Assembly: GCA_043228905.1 (NCBI GenBank) | Contig: JBHGNT010000018.1 | Location: 10,788,001 to 10,852,000 of the forward strand | From: Azolla caroliniana | Taxonomy: Eukaryota; Plantae; Polypodiophyta | Direction of reading: 5' to 3' | DNA: 64,000 nucleotides | Shown: piece after piece, positions 28,323 to 40,465 of the stretch | Layout of the letters: every line of letters starts with the position of its first letter | Position numbering within the stretch: the first letter of the stretch is position 1 | The notes under the pieces: generated by a model | What the model saw: the letters and a program-made list of their open reading frames with translations, nothing else | What the model was told of the DNA's origin: nothing | Databases searched by the model: none | Program-made: the position numbers and the translations under genes

Positions 28323-29054
28323 TCAGAGTAAATCATTAGGTCCAAGTAAATGTGAAGGAAAAGTGCATTCACATAAACTTAAGTGATTGGTATGAACTTC
28401 AACAATATCAAAAGACTCACCTGTGTGACTCGTAGATTTGTCTTGAGGAGGGGTGTTCATTGACTTCCTCTCAAGACGACGACAGGTATCCTTTGTGTGG
28501 CCCCGCTTCTTGCAATATGCACAGAAGAGGTTCGGTTTCTTTGAGTCGCGGTCAAGAGTGTCACTGGATTGCTTACGTTTCCCAATGAACTTGACATTCG
28601 GAGTTTTGGCGAACCCAGGTTTATTGTGGTCTTTCTTGGAAGTCCTATGGTATCGCAGCACAATGTTGACGGCTTCCTCGAAAGTTGTGGGGTCCTTGTC
28701 ATGGACAATCCAATGATAATCCCCATTGGGAATACCATTCAAAAAACAAGCGACAAACCATTTCTCACCCGTAAGTCCCGATTTTTGGATCTGGGTCCGA
28801 GCGTGATGCACATAATCCTCGAGAGAGGTAAATGGCTTACTACACAATGTGAGCAAGTGTTGCGCTTGTTCGGTTTGAGAAGGTGGCTGCAAGAATTGTT
28901 TCTTAAAAACATCAACGAAACCTTCCCAAGTTGTGGGTAAGTTTTTTGCGGTCCTTAGGCCACGCCCTCCCCTACTAAAATCGTAGCGTAGTAGGAGGTA
29001 GAAAGAAAGAGAATACAACGTAATACCAATTTGATTCGACCATAAAGAACGCAT
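28323..29054 (-). CDS. Gypsy Gag with CCHC zinc knuckle
   Basis: CAYCKKRGHTKDTC; same frame as pol, separated by one TGA. Confidence 0.85.
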   Translation of the reverse strand: MRSLWSNQIGITLYSLSFYLLLRYDFSRGGRGLRTAKNLPTTWEGFVDVFKKQFLQPPSQTEQAQHLLTLCSKPFTSLEDYVHHARTQIQKSGLTGEKWFVACFLNGIPNGDYHWIVHDKDPTTFEEAVNIVLRYHRTSKKDHNKPGFAKTPNVKFIGKRKQSSDTLDRDSKKPNLFCAYCKKRGHTKDTCRRLERKSMNTPPQDKSTSHTGESFDIVEVHTNHLSLCECTFPSHLLGPNDLL

Positions 29055-29684
29055 AATAGAAAAAGAGAAGAGATCAAAAAAGAAGAATACCGGGTTTAGA
29101 GTGTTGTTTTGATCCTGAGAAGAGCATGATGAGCCTTGTTAGATCCCCCTCGCTCACACGCAAAAAACATCAAAACAACAAAAAAAATGTTAGTAAAAGC
29201 TCTGATAGCACTGTTAAGAGTCTATTACTAATCAATAGACCAAATCAAGTAAAAAGGAAGAAAATAGATTGGATAGAAGAACCCGTTCCACCCGACCACC
29301 CCCGAGCTATGATCTAGACATAGCCAACCTACCACCGACGTCCCATACGGCCGGATATTAGGATGACTAATACCTTGGAAGAGATAAACACGATCGTCGA
29401 GACGAAAGCCTAGCCCGCACCACCGGTGTCTACGACAGCAGCCTTCCGACGTGATGATCCTTATGAGGGTAGCTAAGCCTCATATTTATACCTTTTCCTA
29501 GGCCCCTTGAATAGATGTGCCTTTCTAAAAGGCTCTCTATTCATTGGTTGTCTAAATCATGATAGTGCATGCACATATCATTCATTCTATCCAATCATTA
29601 GTCCCCTTTTAATAATAGTGAACATACCCTTCACTAATGTAAATATTAGTGACCTACCCTCACCAACGTTATGTGTACATAACA

Positions 29685-30682
29685 CATTCACACACATTAG
29701 CACTAACTGTGTATAAACCTGAGCAACTATTGTATTGCAACATTGAAACATTGATGCACCTAAACAAATGAGAGTACATGTATGCCACTGGTTTGTCTTC
29801 TAATAGCCTATACACATAATCGTAATCATCTAGTCTTGCATAAAAAATACCTTCGATGTAGAATGTCCCGGTAGATACAACATTCCCCAAGCATCTAATA
29901 TATTCTGCATTGCACACTGTTTACTAATCATGCACTTCAGTATATAGAAATCAACACCCTCTTAATTGCCTTCTTTTGCATTTACAACGAAATTATCCCC
30001 AACATTTAAGACATCACTCAGAGTATCTCCACGTCCTTGGTATGTGAAGTCAACATTCTTTTCTGTTTCTCCATCAACTGCTTCCTTATTGTTCAATGTA
30101 TGATACTCCCAATTCTGAATATATGCTTTGTTTAAACAATGCCTCCAATTTCCCTGCACAAAATGGAAGCAAAAACAAGTTAATTCTCTAACCACAATAC
30201 AATGACCATCCAACCTAGAATAACAGCGAATAACATGGAGAGATCGCAATTCAGGAATTCCTTGGCACTCCCAGGTCTTCTCCCTATTTACTTCATCTAT
30301 CTTCACTTCCCAAAATTCACGTTTGATATCTCGAACCTTCGAGGAATAAACACCAATTGTACTCGTTGACATATAATCTCTTTAAAATTCAACTACATGT
30401 GTTGCACAATTCATCTACACACCATCTGCCTTTAGTTGTTCATGGGTAAGTGCCCGCTTTATAACAACACCTGCACCATCATGTTCACCTTTACCATGGC
30501 CAGACCCAAAAAAATTCCATCTCATCTCCAAACCTATTATAGCAGGATACCTCCCCACAAAACAAAATGGACGTCTAGCCTTGAATTGTGACGCAGCTCC
30601 ATCAGACCAGACCCAATGTTGAGTAAGCTCCAAATGTTTAGCTAATAATCATTGCCAATGTAAGTTAAAACAATGTTGGACG
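29685..30682 (-). pseudogene. Sola2-like DDD transposase, C-terminal fragment
   Basis: WVWSDGAASQFK...WNFFGSGHGKGEHDGAG motifs; the C-terminus continues across the gypsy insertion at ~24410-24455 (YNSMPWNL*). Confidence 0.7.
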
Positions 30683-32910
30683 TGTTGGTCGGTTAAGGGC
30701 CAAAGGATAAGTGGGAAAAGGGCGAGTCGGAGAAATAGATATATTTAGAGATAAATAGAATTAGTATTCGTAGGGACGGATCTAGTATAGTTGCACTGAT
30801 CCGGATCCGAACTGATTCGTAGCCAGTTGTCGATAGGGCACCATTTTGTAATGACACTGGATTCCTATAAAAGGATCCAACCCAATGTAATGTTTACGGA
30901 AGTAATAGAAGATAACATATATTGATTAATTAATGCTTGCGTGTTGTATACTTGCATCTGTGGTTAATATTAAGATCTTACGAGTGTGAATTACAAAAAA
31001 ATCCTAACCTTACTACCCCTTTGGAGAAGTGTTTTGGAAGAGGACACCATGTGTTGTGGCTAGTCCGGCCAAGGATCAACACTAATTTGGAGACCACAAT
31101 TCCTACAGTGAGCAGAGAACACCGAGGGATGGACGTCTCGACCGACTAACGACCAAGTCACCGAACGAGGACGAAGACTAGCCGAAAGACAGCAAAGGCG
31201 GGAAGCCTTCCAGCAAGCGGCCAAGGAGATCCAACAAGATCGGTCTTTTCCTAGAGTGCTTTAGAGGGTCGCGGAAGAAGCACTTCGGTACCAAAAACAA
31301 CAACTTTCCTACGAGGGCAGTAGCTTGATGAGTTTGCAAGAGGCAGAATTGAGACTATGGACGCTTGCCGAAGGCAACAGAGACTCGGAGGCATTCTCGG
31401 CCTTGGAGTCAGAATCGGATAGTGAACAAAGCGTTCAGTCGAATTACTAAAGCAACCACGATACTCTGGACGATCCAGAGGACGACGAATCGAATGGCTC
31501 ATCAACACTAGAACCAACGGAAGAATTACCCTTGGTACCCGGAGAGCGGCAATCTCCAAGACCAAACGCAAACCGACACCAACCGCGGAGAAAGTAAGAG
31601 AACGCACACCAACACCACCCGCGGAGAAAGCGAAAAACTGCACACCAACACCACCCACAGAGCCCAGATGCGGGGCATGGAAGAAGAGTTAACAAAGGCC
31701 CAGGAATACGCGGCCAACATGGCCAACATGGGCCAACCAATGAGTGTCGATACAGAGCCAATCGTGTCAGCAAGGAAGCAGAGGGCAACCCCGGAACCGG
31801 AACCCAAGCCTCGAAAATCGGCATTGAGTCCACCCAAGAACTAAGGACCTTAAGAGAGGAATTTGTGGCTAAAGTGGCACTAAGGGGAAAAGAAAGGGAG
31901 CAAAAGAAATTGGCTGAGGAAGAACGACAGAGAGTCGAGGAGAACCTTTGAAAGAGCCACGCCAACAATGACTGGCTAAAGGAAGAAAGGGAAAAGATGT
32001 TGCAAGAGAAGGATAAGCTCCGCCGACAAGCTGAAACAGAAATAAAATGGCTGAAAGAGGAGCTCTAACGGCAAAAAGACAAGGAGGACCGGATGTGTTC
32101 CGAAGTAAATTGACGACTTAAGCAGAAGACCGAAGATATTGATAAACTGTACTGGGAGCACAAGCAAACAGAGGCAGATTACAAGAGGCGGGGAGCAGAA
32201 TTCGACCGGCAACAGGATAGCTTGAAGGAGGCATAGACGGACCTGGCACAGAAAATGGACGAGCTTGAGAAGAAAACGAAAGCTTTGGCGGAGGAGAAGA
32301 CAAAGGCGGTAGAAACAGCAAGGCTATTGGAAGAAGTGGCAAAGGAAAAGTTGGAGCTCAACAAGCAGCGGTTTGAGGATGCGGAACAGGCAAAGCTAGT
32401 GCTAAACAACCTCCAAATGACGTATCAACACCAGGTGATTAGGTATGAAAGCCAAGCCGCAGTTGCTGCTGCAATCATAGTGAGGCTGAAAAGTGAGAAA
32501 CATGAGGCCGAAGAATGCGCCAAGCTCAGTGTGGATAGAATTCGTCAGATAATGTTAGATGGAAGGACTGGAGCCAGATAAGCATCAATGAGTGTTCGAA
32601 GAAAGTGTGGAAAGAGTGGTCACATCAAGCGGTGGAACTACAGACATTCCGGGCAGATGATGAGAACCGGAGGAAGGCCGGCGACAAATTCTACAAGATG
32701 GATGAAGAAAGCATCGTCACCATAAGGAAAGAACTCTCGGAAGACTTCTTTTCCTTAGTCGAGGAGCATATGGGAGCAGTCCGGGGTCTGGTGGAATGGT
32801 TGGATGATGACCAGCTCGACACTCAACTGCAATTGGAAAAGTACGAGCGAGAGCGTCAGCAGCAGGAAGCCGTGGAACGAACAACGCACATCCCCATAAG
32901 TGATGAGGAG

Positions 32911-35900
32911 TGTCAAGACTGAGAGAGAGAAAGAGAGAAAAAGAGATAGAGAGATAATTGAAGAGAATTATTGTATTGAAGCGTAAAATGGATTACAAAG
33001 AGTAGGCTACAAAATGGCGTTGAACCAATTTAGGTTTGGGATGGGTGGTAGATCCCTATTTATAAGTAATAGAGAACACTCTAGAATATTCTAGGTTATC
33101 CTAGAATGTAGAGTAATCTAGAAGATATCTAGAGTATTCTAGAAGGTTCTAGTGGTATAGAACAATCTAGAATATTCTAGGTCATTCTAGAATGTAGAGT
33201 AATATAGAATATTCCTATGATATTAGATTTCATATTCTAGAGACTATACATATAAGAATATTAATACAATGGTTAAGGATTTGACATGTGTACAACAAGG
33301 TCGTGGGTTCAAATCATTTCGAGTCATAATGTGAGTGTCATCATCCTTTCGATGCATGATGTGAGTGTTATCATGACACTATCCCCCTTCTTCAACGACA
33401 CATCTCACGGGTCATAGGGTTTGTATTAGGACTTGGTTTACAAGGATATTGGCGATGAAATGCATTGACGAGTTCTGCAGCATTGGAAAGATTTGCGGCA
33501 GGTTCCCAAGTTGGATCATTGGGGGTATAACCTAACCAATCGACTAAGTAATACAGCTTGTTGCGCACAATTTTAGAATTGAGAACGGTAGCAACTTCAA
33601 ATTCAGGCCTATCCAAGAACTCGACAGGTGGTGGGGGTTTTGTAAGTCGGCCCGGAATTGAACTTGTAGTGTAAGGTTCCAAAAGGGATACATGAAACAC
33701 TGGATGAAGATGCATGTGCGGAGGGAGGTCAAGACGAAATGCAACATCACTTATCTTACCAGTGATCATGTAAGGGCCAAAACGTTGGTAATCCAATTTA
33801 CTGCAAGGTCGAGTGATCTTGATGTTGTGTTGGAGAAGCCATACATAATCCCCAATGCGGAACTTTTTTGAGGAGTCTAGATGATGACGATCGGCAAGCC
33901 TCTTGTGTGTAAATTGAGCATCGTGCAAATTGTGGAGAATGTTAGCTTGAATTTCTTGGAGGCGACTAAGACGATCCTCGGCAGTAGGGTTGGTAGGAAC
34001 TTCTGGATGCGCATTCATCGTCCACCGAGGATGACAACCCGTATTTGCGAAAAATGGGGAATATCCTGTAGAAGAATGGGTTGAGTTATTGTAAGTGAAT
34101 TCCGCCAAGTGCAAAAAAACAACCCAATCATCTTGTTGATAGTTGATGAAACAACGAAGATATTGTTCCAATGTCTGGTTGGTATGCTCTGTTTGGCCAT
34201 TTGTTTCAGGATGATAGCCCGAAGAAAGCTTAACTGAAATGTGAAGAAGTTTGAACATGTGCTTCCAAAACTTTGAGATGAATTGTGGACCACGATCACT
34301 AATAATATCATCCGGCAGACCATGATGCTTAAATACCTCCCGCGTAACGAGATCAGCTGCCTCTTGACTAGTAATCGACTTTGTACATGGCAAGAAATGT
34401 GCCATTTTGGTAAATCGATCAACCACTATGAGAATTGCATCAAAACCTTTTGAAACTGGGAGATCAGTAATGAAGTCCAAGGATATAGACTTCCAAGGAG
34501 TTTCCGGAATGGGAAGTGGTTGTAGTAAGCCATAGGGTCGGTGACGAGGATTCTTTGATCGACAACATATATCACAACTCCGAACATAATCCTCAACAAA
34601 ATGACGAAGGCGAGGCCACCAATAGCGTCGAGAAATTAATTCTAGAGTCTTGTGAACTCCAAAATGACCAGCCATTGGTGAGTCATGCCAATGTTGCAAA
34701 ACTTGTAGCCGTGGGGGACCATCAGGAACATACAATAAATTTTGTCGAAATAGAAAACCACCATGCCAATAGAACTAACAATAGTCATTACGAGGATTTT
34801 TCGACCGTGAGCAAGAAGCACGATCCGGGACAATATGATCCAAAACATCCTTGGCGAAATCATCAGTGGCCATATGATCTCGAATGGAATCAAGAAGAGT
34901 GGAATTTTCAAGAGTTGTTATGGTGTTAACTACCATTAATCGTAATCGATTAGGACCCAAAAGGATTTGTTTTTTATGCTCAAATGCAGGTTCCCCTGGA
35001 CGAAGTTCCATATAAGAGCGTCGAGAAAGAGCATATGCTTTGCCTTGCTGCATCCCAGGGCGATATATGATGATAAAATTGCCCCCACCGGGCTTGTCGC
35101 CGACTCAAGACTCGAGCATTTTGGAAATAAGTCAGGTTCTTATGATCATTGTAGACAATGATCTGCTGAGAAGAACCTTCTAGGAAATGTCGCCATTGTT
35201 GAAATGAATCCATGATTGCAAGAAGCTCTTTGTCATGGATCTCATAGTTGATCTCTGCAGCTTCAAACTTTCGTGAATGAAAGGCGACAGGGTGTAGTTG
35301 TCCCTCATCTCCAGTCTGCGAGAGGACACTCCCTAGTGCAAAATCGGATGCATCGGCTTCGAGGATGAAGCGTTTTGTTGGGTCGACATGTGCTAAGATA
35401 GGTGCCATTGTAAATGCTCGTTTTAAGCTTTCAAATGCCTCGGCTGCATCTGAACTCCATATAAATGGTCGATCTTTATGTGTGAGTTGAGTAAGCGGAA
35501 GCACAACCTTGGAATAATCTTTAATAAATTTTCGATAAAAATTTGCAAACCCGAGAAAACATTGCACATCACGCACTGAAAGGGGCGTTTGCCACTCTAA
35601 AATTTCTTGTACCTTCATGGGGTCCATAGCAATACCATTTGACGATACAACATACCCCAAAAATTCCACTTGATTCTGGCCGAAACTACACCTTTCTAAT
35701 TTTGCGTAGAGACCACATTCTCGGAGTCAACGCAGTACCATATTCTCTTTTTCTCTCTTTCTCTCTCTCAGTCTTGACAGTTTGAACCAATTTAGGTTTG
35801 GGATGGGTGGTATATCCCTATTTATAAGTAATAGAGAATACTCTAGAATATTCTAGGTTATCCTAGAATGTAGAGTAATCTAGAAGATCTCTAGAGTATT

Positions 35901-36140
35901 CTAGAAGGTTCTAGTGGTATAGAACACTCTAGAATATTCTAGGTCATTCTAGAATGTAGAGTAATATAGAATATTCCTATGATATTAGATTTCATATTCT
36001 AGAGACTATACATATAAGAATATTAATACAATGGTTAAGGATTTGACATGTGTACAACAAGGTCGTGGGTTCAAATCCTTTCGAGTCATAATGTGAGTGT
36101 CATCATCCTTTCGATGCATGATGTGAGTGTTATCATGACA
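32911..36140 (-). mobile_element. Rearranged chromovirus gypsy element
   Basis: TSD AGGAG; 3' LTR 32911-33378 with PPT; partial 5' LTR 35780-36140; RT tail/RNaseH 34980-35669; integrase plus chromodomain 33392-34735; gag/protease absent. Confidence 0.92.
33392..34735 (-). CDS. Gypsy integrase with chromodomain (fragment of broken pol)
   Basis: HDSPMAGHFG, SLDFITDLP, SDRGPQF, YHPETNGQTE, YYLVDWLGY..TWEP. Confidence 0.9.
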   Translation of the reverse strand: MYVPDGPPRLQVLQHWHDSPMAGHFGVHKTLELISRRYWWPRLRHFVEDYVRSCDICCRSKNPRHRPYGLLQPLPIPETPWKSISLDFITDLPVSKGFDAILIVVDRFTKMAHFLPCTKSITSQEAADLVTREVFKHHGLPDDIISDRGPQFISKFWKHMFKLLHISVKLSSGYHPETNGQTEHTNQTLEQYLRCFINYQQDDWVVFLHLAEFTYNNSTHSSTGYSPFFANTGCHPRWTMNAHPEVPTNPTAEDRLSRLQEIQANILHNLHDAQFTHKRLADRHHLDSSKKFRIGDYVWLLQHNIKITRPCSKLDYQRFGPYMITGKISDVAFRLDLPPHMHLHPVFHVSLLEPYTTSSIPGRLTKPPPPVEFLDRPEFEVATVLNSKIVRNKLYYLVDWLGYTPNDPTWEPAANLSNAAELVNAFHRQYPCKPSPNTNPMTREMCR

Positions 36141-36705
36141 AGGAGCAGTCTCCAGAGGGGCCACAAAGGACACGGATGGGCCACCAATAACGGCAATCGG
36201 TGAAGAGCTTAGGGCCGTAACTGAAGTAGACACAATCGCTGAAACGGAGAAGCAGCCCCCAAAGGAAGCCCGAGAAACAATAGAAGCAATTGTAGCAATA
36301 GAGAACCCGGTTGATACCGGTGATAGAAGAGATCCCGACACTGAAGCAGAGCAACAAGCACTGGAGGAGAGCGGAGCTGGAGAACCGGTACAACAGGAGA
36401 CAACGAGAGTTGAAGAACCGGAGCAACTACTCCAACCAGATTCAGACAAAGCGGCAAGGACAGAGCAGCAACACAACGCAGTACCACTTGACCCTCTGGA
36501 GCAAAGTATGTTGGATATTTTGGACGAAGAGTGAGGTAGTTGTGTGGGTTCGAAGTGCAACGCACTTTCCCACGAGTGTGCCATGTGTACCGATCTGGAT
36601 CCAAACCGATTCGTAGCCAGTTGCCGATAGGGCACCGTTTTGTAATGACATTGTATTCCTATAAATGGATCTGATCCAATGTAATGTTTACGGAATTAAT
36701 AGAAG

Positions 36706-37030
36706 TTGTGTTTAATGAACTTTCCTAGAGATACTATAAATAGAGACGCCAAATCCCTTGGTTTAAGTGACTTCCTAACTAGATCCTTTCTTTTACACAC
36801 CTTTCCTTCAAAATTGGTGTCAACTGACCCAAATAACTTGACAGAGATTAATATTTCACTACTCAATTCATTTGGACACCACCTAAATTTGCTAAGGCCA
36901 CAATCTTGACATAAACCCATGACACATTTATGACTGTGGAAGATGGCCTCAGTTTCTCTTGGACACAATACTGAATGTAAAAGACAACTCATGGAAGAGA
37001 TAACATGCTCAGATGATTTACAGTCACATA
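36706..37030 (-). pseudogene. Sola2-like transposase, N-terminal Cys-rich fragment
   Basis: LCPRE...CVMGLCQDCG...KRKDLV...FIKHNF, the kind of segment that precedes the catalytic core seen at 30415-30633. Confidence 0.55.
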
Positions 37031-37926
37031 TGTCCTTGATCTTGGATGTGTAATCAGCCACCGACATATCTCGTTATCGAACATTGCTCAACTCATGCCG
37101 GAGTTGGAGCTTTCTAACTGTGGTGCTCAAGGCGAAAATATTTTTCAAATTTCCCCAAGCTTCCTTCGGCATCCTTGCATCCCGAATGTAGCGCAAAACT
37201 TGATCTCTCACACAAGATGCGAACCAATAGAGAACTCTTCTTGCCGCCTGTTCCCAGGCCGAGAAATCTCTGTGTGTCAATTCGAGTGTTCCGTCATTAG
37301 CTCCATCGACATAACTCCAGTAGCCATGCCCGAGCATGTACTGTTGCATCTTGTACAACCAAGATGCGTAGTTGCTTTTGTCAAGCTTCTCCGTCGGAAG
37401 TGAGCTAGTCATTCCTTTGTCCATTCTTTCCTTCTTCCGTTCTTCACCATGATTAGGCTTTGTCTATTTGTTGGCAATACAGAATCTCAACCCTCGCGCT
37501 CTGATACCATGTAAAAGAATATGTGCGGAAGCTTAATAGACACAACTGGGTAACAACAAACCAAAGACAAGAGACAAGGAAGGTTTAATGGAAAGCTTAA
37601 TCAACACAACGTATGCGGGAGAGACAGAGAGAGCAGAACATAGAAAACTCTATTCCAAAATAATACTCTAAAACTCTGTACATAGGATGTGCTCAGAGAG
37701 CACTTTTATACAAGTCCACATGGACTGACTGACAGAAGTATTGACACGTACTTCAATGCTTATCAATGAGCCCCTACACTAACTCCCAAAAATATATTCC
37801 TCTATGGAATATCTATCCAACAGCCTCCTGGTTTACACACCACTACGGACTCTCGTTGCGCACTCGGTTTACGCACCCAATTTACGCATTGGTTTACGCA
37901 CCCAATGTTGAGCTTCTATCTCAGCA
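37025..37926 (-). mobile_element. Copia 5' fragment (LTR, PBS, gag start)
   Basis: LTR 37510-37926, PBS TGGTATCAGAG adjacent, gag MDKGMTSSLPTEKLDKSNYASW. Confidence 0.9.
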
Positions 37927-38652
37927 CTATCGGATGTGGCTATGCTAAGATGGATTGCATATGTAAAGTCGCTTAATCCAGAGGTACAACAAATTTCGGA
38001 AAATGGCAACGCCGTAGTAGATATGCTATCAAGGGCATTGTTCGGAGATGACGTAGCCGAATCGGATAATGAAGAAGTTTTCGAAGACTACTTTTCTTCG
38101 GAGCACATATTCTGGTTGAACGTAATTCGGGAGTTCCAGGAAGAGGAATACGAAGGAGAAAGCATGTTGATCGAGAAAGTGCTACAAGAGATCAAGGAAT
38201 CATCGGGTAATAAAGAAAAGAGAGTCGAGATCCGAAGGAAGAAATGACAAGTTCAGAAGTTCTTCTTGAACAATGGATTAATCTAGAGGGAGCCGAAAAG
38301 ACCGGATGGTATACCATTATGGGTAATTGGCACAAAGGAACAACAGAAATATATAATATCTAAATTTAACGAACCCGATTGAGCTGGACATCGGGAAACA
38401 TGGGCGACATTTGCAAAGATCAAGCAAAAATATTGTTGGAAGGAATATGTACAAGGATGTAGCAGAGTTCACCGAAAGTTGCGAGAAATGTCAGATCTAC
38501 TCCAGAATTCAACACTAGGACGAATTACATCTTACATTCTCACCGACAATCAACTTTAAATGGATAGCTTACATCATGGCCATGCCAACTGGGATTAGAC
38601 AAAGTACTTGGTGCTAACTCGGGAGGATTTGACAAACCCAATAGAAGGTCGA

Positions 38653-40465
38653 GTTTGCGTTCACAAGTGGAAGGATCGTGCATTCCACTTGTTGATTCTT
38701 CTTCAAAATATCCAAATATACCCTCGGTGTTCACGGCCATAGAATTGGCCTTATGCTTCATTACGAAGGTTGGGCCCGATTTGTTTCCGGCTCGTTCAGA
38801 GCCTTCTGTGTAGTGTGATCTCTGACACCTCTTTGCGTCTCTTCGGCTCGATCCGGCTTTGTCCGAATCGGCTCTCTTTTTCCAGCACTCGCTCTTCTTG
38901 TGGCATTTCTTGCCATAGTACCAACATTCCGACGCGGCCTTCTCTTGCCGGCTTCTGACACCGCCAAGACTCCCCCTGCATGTGGAGGGTCCGGAACTTC
39001 TGTCGGCATATCGATTATGCCGCTTGTTCTACTCTTGGCGGCCGCCTCCATTGCCTGCTGATCCGCCTCGTCCACCGCAACCACAGGGCCTATCTTCCTC
39101 CGTGTATAGCATCTTGTTGTCGGCGTGCGTACTCGTCGACGCACCCGCATGATTTTGGTGCAGGAGCAAGATTGACTGAAGATCGAAGAACGAAGGCGTA
39201 TTCTCCCTCGTACAGACCGCCGTTCGGAAGGTTCCGAACCTAGACGCAAGCCCACCAAGGCAAACCTACACCATTTCATCTTCCTCAACATTCACATTGA
39301 TGAAGGCAAGAGAATCGCAAATTTCCTTGATTCGGGTCGTGTAATCAGCCACAGACAGATCCTTCTACCAGACATTGTTCAGCTCCTGCCTAAGTTGCAG
39401 CTTCCTGGCCATTGTGCTTGCGGTGAAAATCTTTTTGAGATTCACCCACGCGCCCTTTGGCGTCTTAGCATCCCAAATATAGCTCAAGAGAGGGTCGCTC
39501 ACACAGGATGCAAAGCAGTAGAGAACTTTGCTTGCCACTTGTTCCCAAGCCGAGAAATCTCTGTGTGTCGAATCGGGTGCTACATCATTAGCTCCTTCGA
39601 CATAACTCTAGTAGTCGTCACCGAGCAAGTACTGGTGCATCTTGTATGACCAAGATCCGTAGTTGCTCCTATCGAGCTTTTCAGTCAATAGCGAGCTTCC
39701 CATATCTCTGTCCATATTGCTGTCTTTTCCTTTTTCGAAAAAAAATGAAGAACAACTTCAACTCTGTTTTGTCGCAAACTTTTCTTGTCGATTGCAGAGG
39801 ACTTCAACCCTCACACTCTGATACCATGTAAAAGAATACGTGTGCAGAAGCAGGTGCGTAAACGTAGAGTACACAGTTCGGAAATAAACAGAAAACACAG
39901 AGATGCAAATGGAGATGGAGAGAGAGAGAGAGAGAGCAGACAACTTAGTTCTATTTCAAAATAATGACACTCTGCTGCATATAATCTAGAGTCATACCAT
40001 TTGGTTTATGATGAAGATAATGCATTGATTGGTACATCCAAGAATGACGAGGAAGAATCCGCATTGTATATTAGTTATAGTAGTGATTCTCCGTAAAGGA
40101 GTAATCATCAATGTATTTCTGGCAATTAAGTGTAACTACCTTCCACTTGTAACAAATCGAGTAATATAAAAGCATGTGTTTTGAATTCATTTGATTCCTA
40201 TGAATATCGCTTCTTATAAAAAACATTGGTTGTAAAGTTGGTGAAATAAATTAAACCCTAAACGTTTTGAGATTCCTCTTTTCGTTTCTTTTTTTAAATC
40301 ACAAAAATGGTGGATTTTAAACCTTTTTCATAGTATATTTGAGAATGTATGATACTGGTATCAATGTGTTTTGTAATATCACTGAAAAAGTACTAAAATC
40401 AAACGGAATATTCCTTATCCGTCCATTTATGCACAATCCTTCCACTTGTGAACGTGAATGTGTTA
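38653..40465 (+). mobile_element. Internally deleted copy of the ParB-MTase DNA transposon
   Basis: 38653-~38725 matches the left end at 53117; 39971-40021 matches the transposase 3' end at 62009-62059 and continues to a stop at 40096; 40429-40465 is the reverse complement of 53111-53147 (34/37). Confidence 0.85.
38726..39970 (-). mobile_element. Copia gag fragment with PBS and partial LTR
   Basis: PBS TGGTATCAGAG at ~39816-39826; gag homologous to 8140-8950. Confidence 0.85.

Larger units (their letters stand above)
24456..29684 (-). mobile_element. Young Ty3/gypsy chromovirus
   Basis: 473-bp LTRs 29212-29684 (5') and 24456-24928 (3'), only two differences noticed; TSD CATTC; PBS TGCTATCAGAGC (iMet, 1 mismatch); PPT AGTAGGGGAG. 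Confidence 0.96.
30683..36705 (+). mobile_element. Non-autonomous LTR-like element with a decayed coiled-coil ORF
   Basis: LTR 30683-~31151 (TGTTGGTCGGT...ACCGACTAAC); ~30800-30912 recurs at ~36595-36705; E/K/Q-rich coding remnants 31250-32910 continue at 36141-36530. Confidence 0.6.

Noticed and set aside
31251-32409. Hydrophobic minus-strand ORFs suggesting an env-like protein
   Set aside because: Antisense shadows of the purine-rich coiled-coil plus strand
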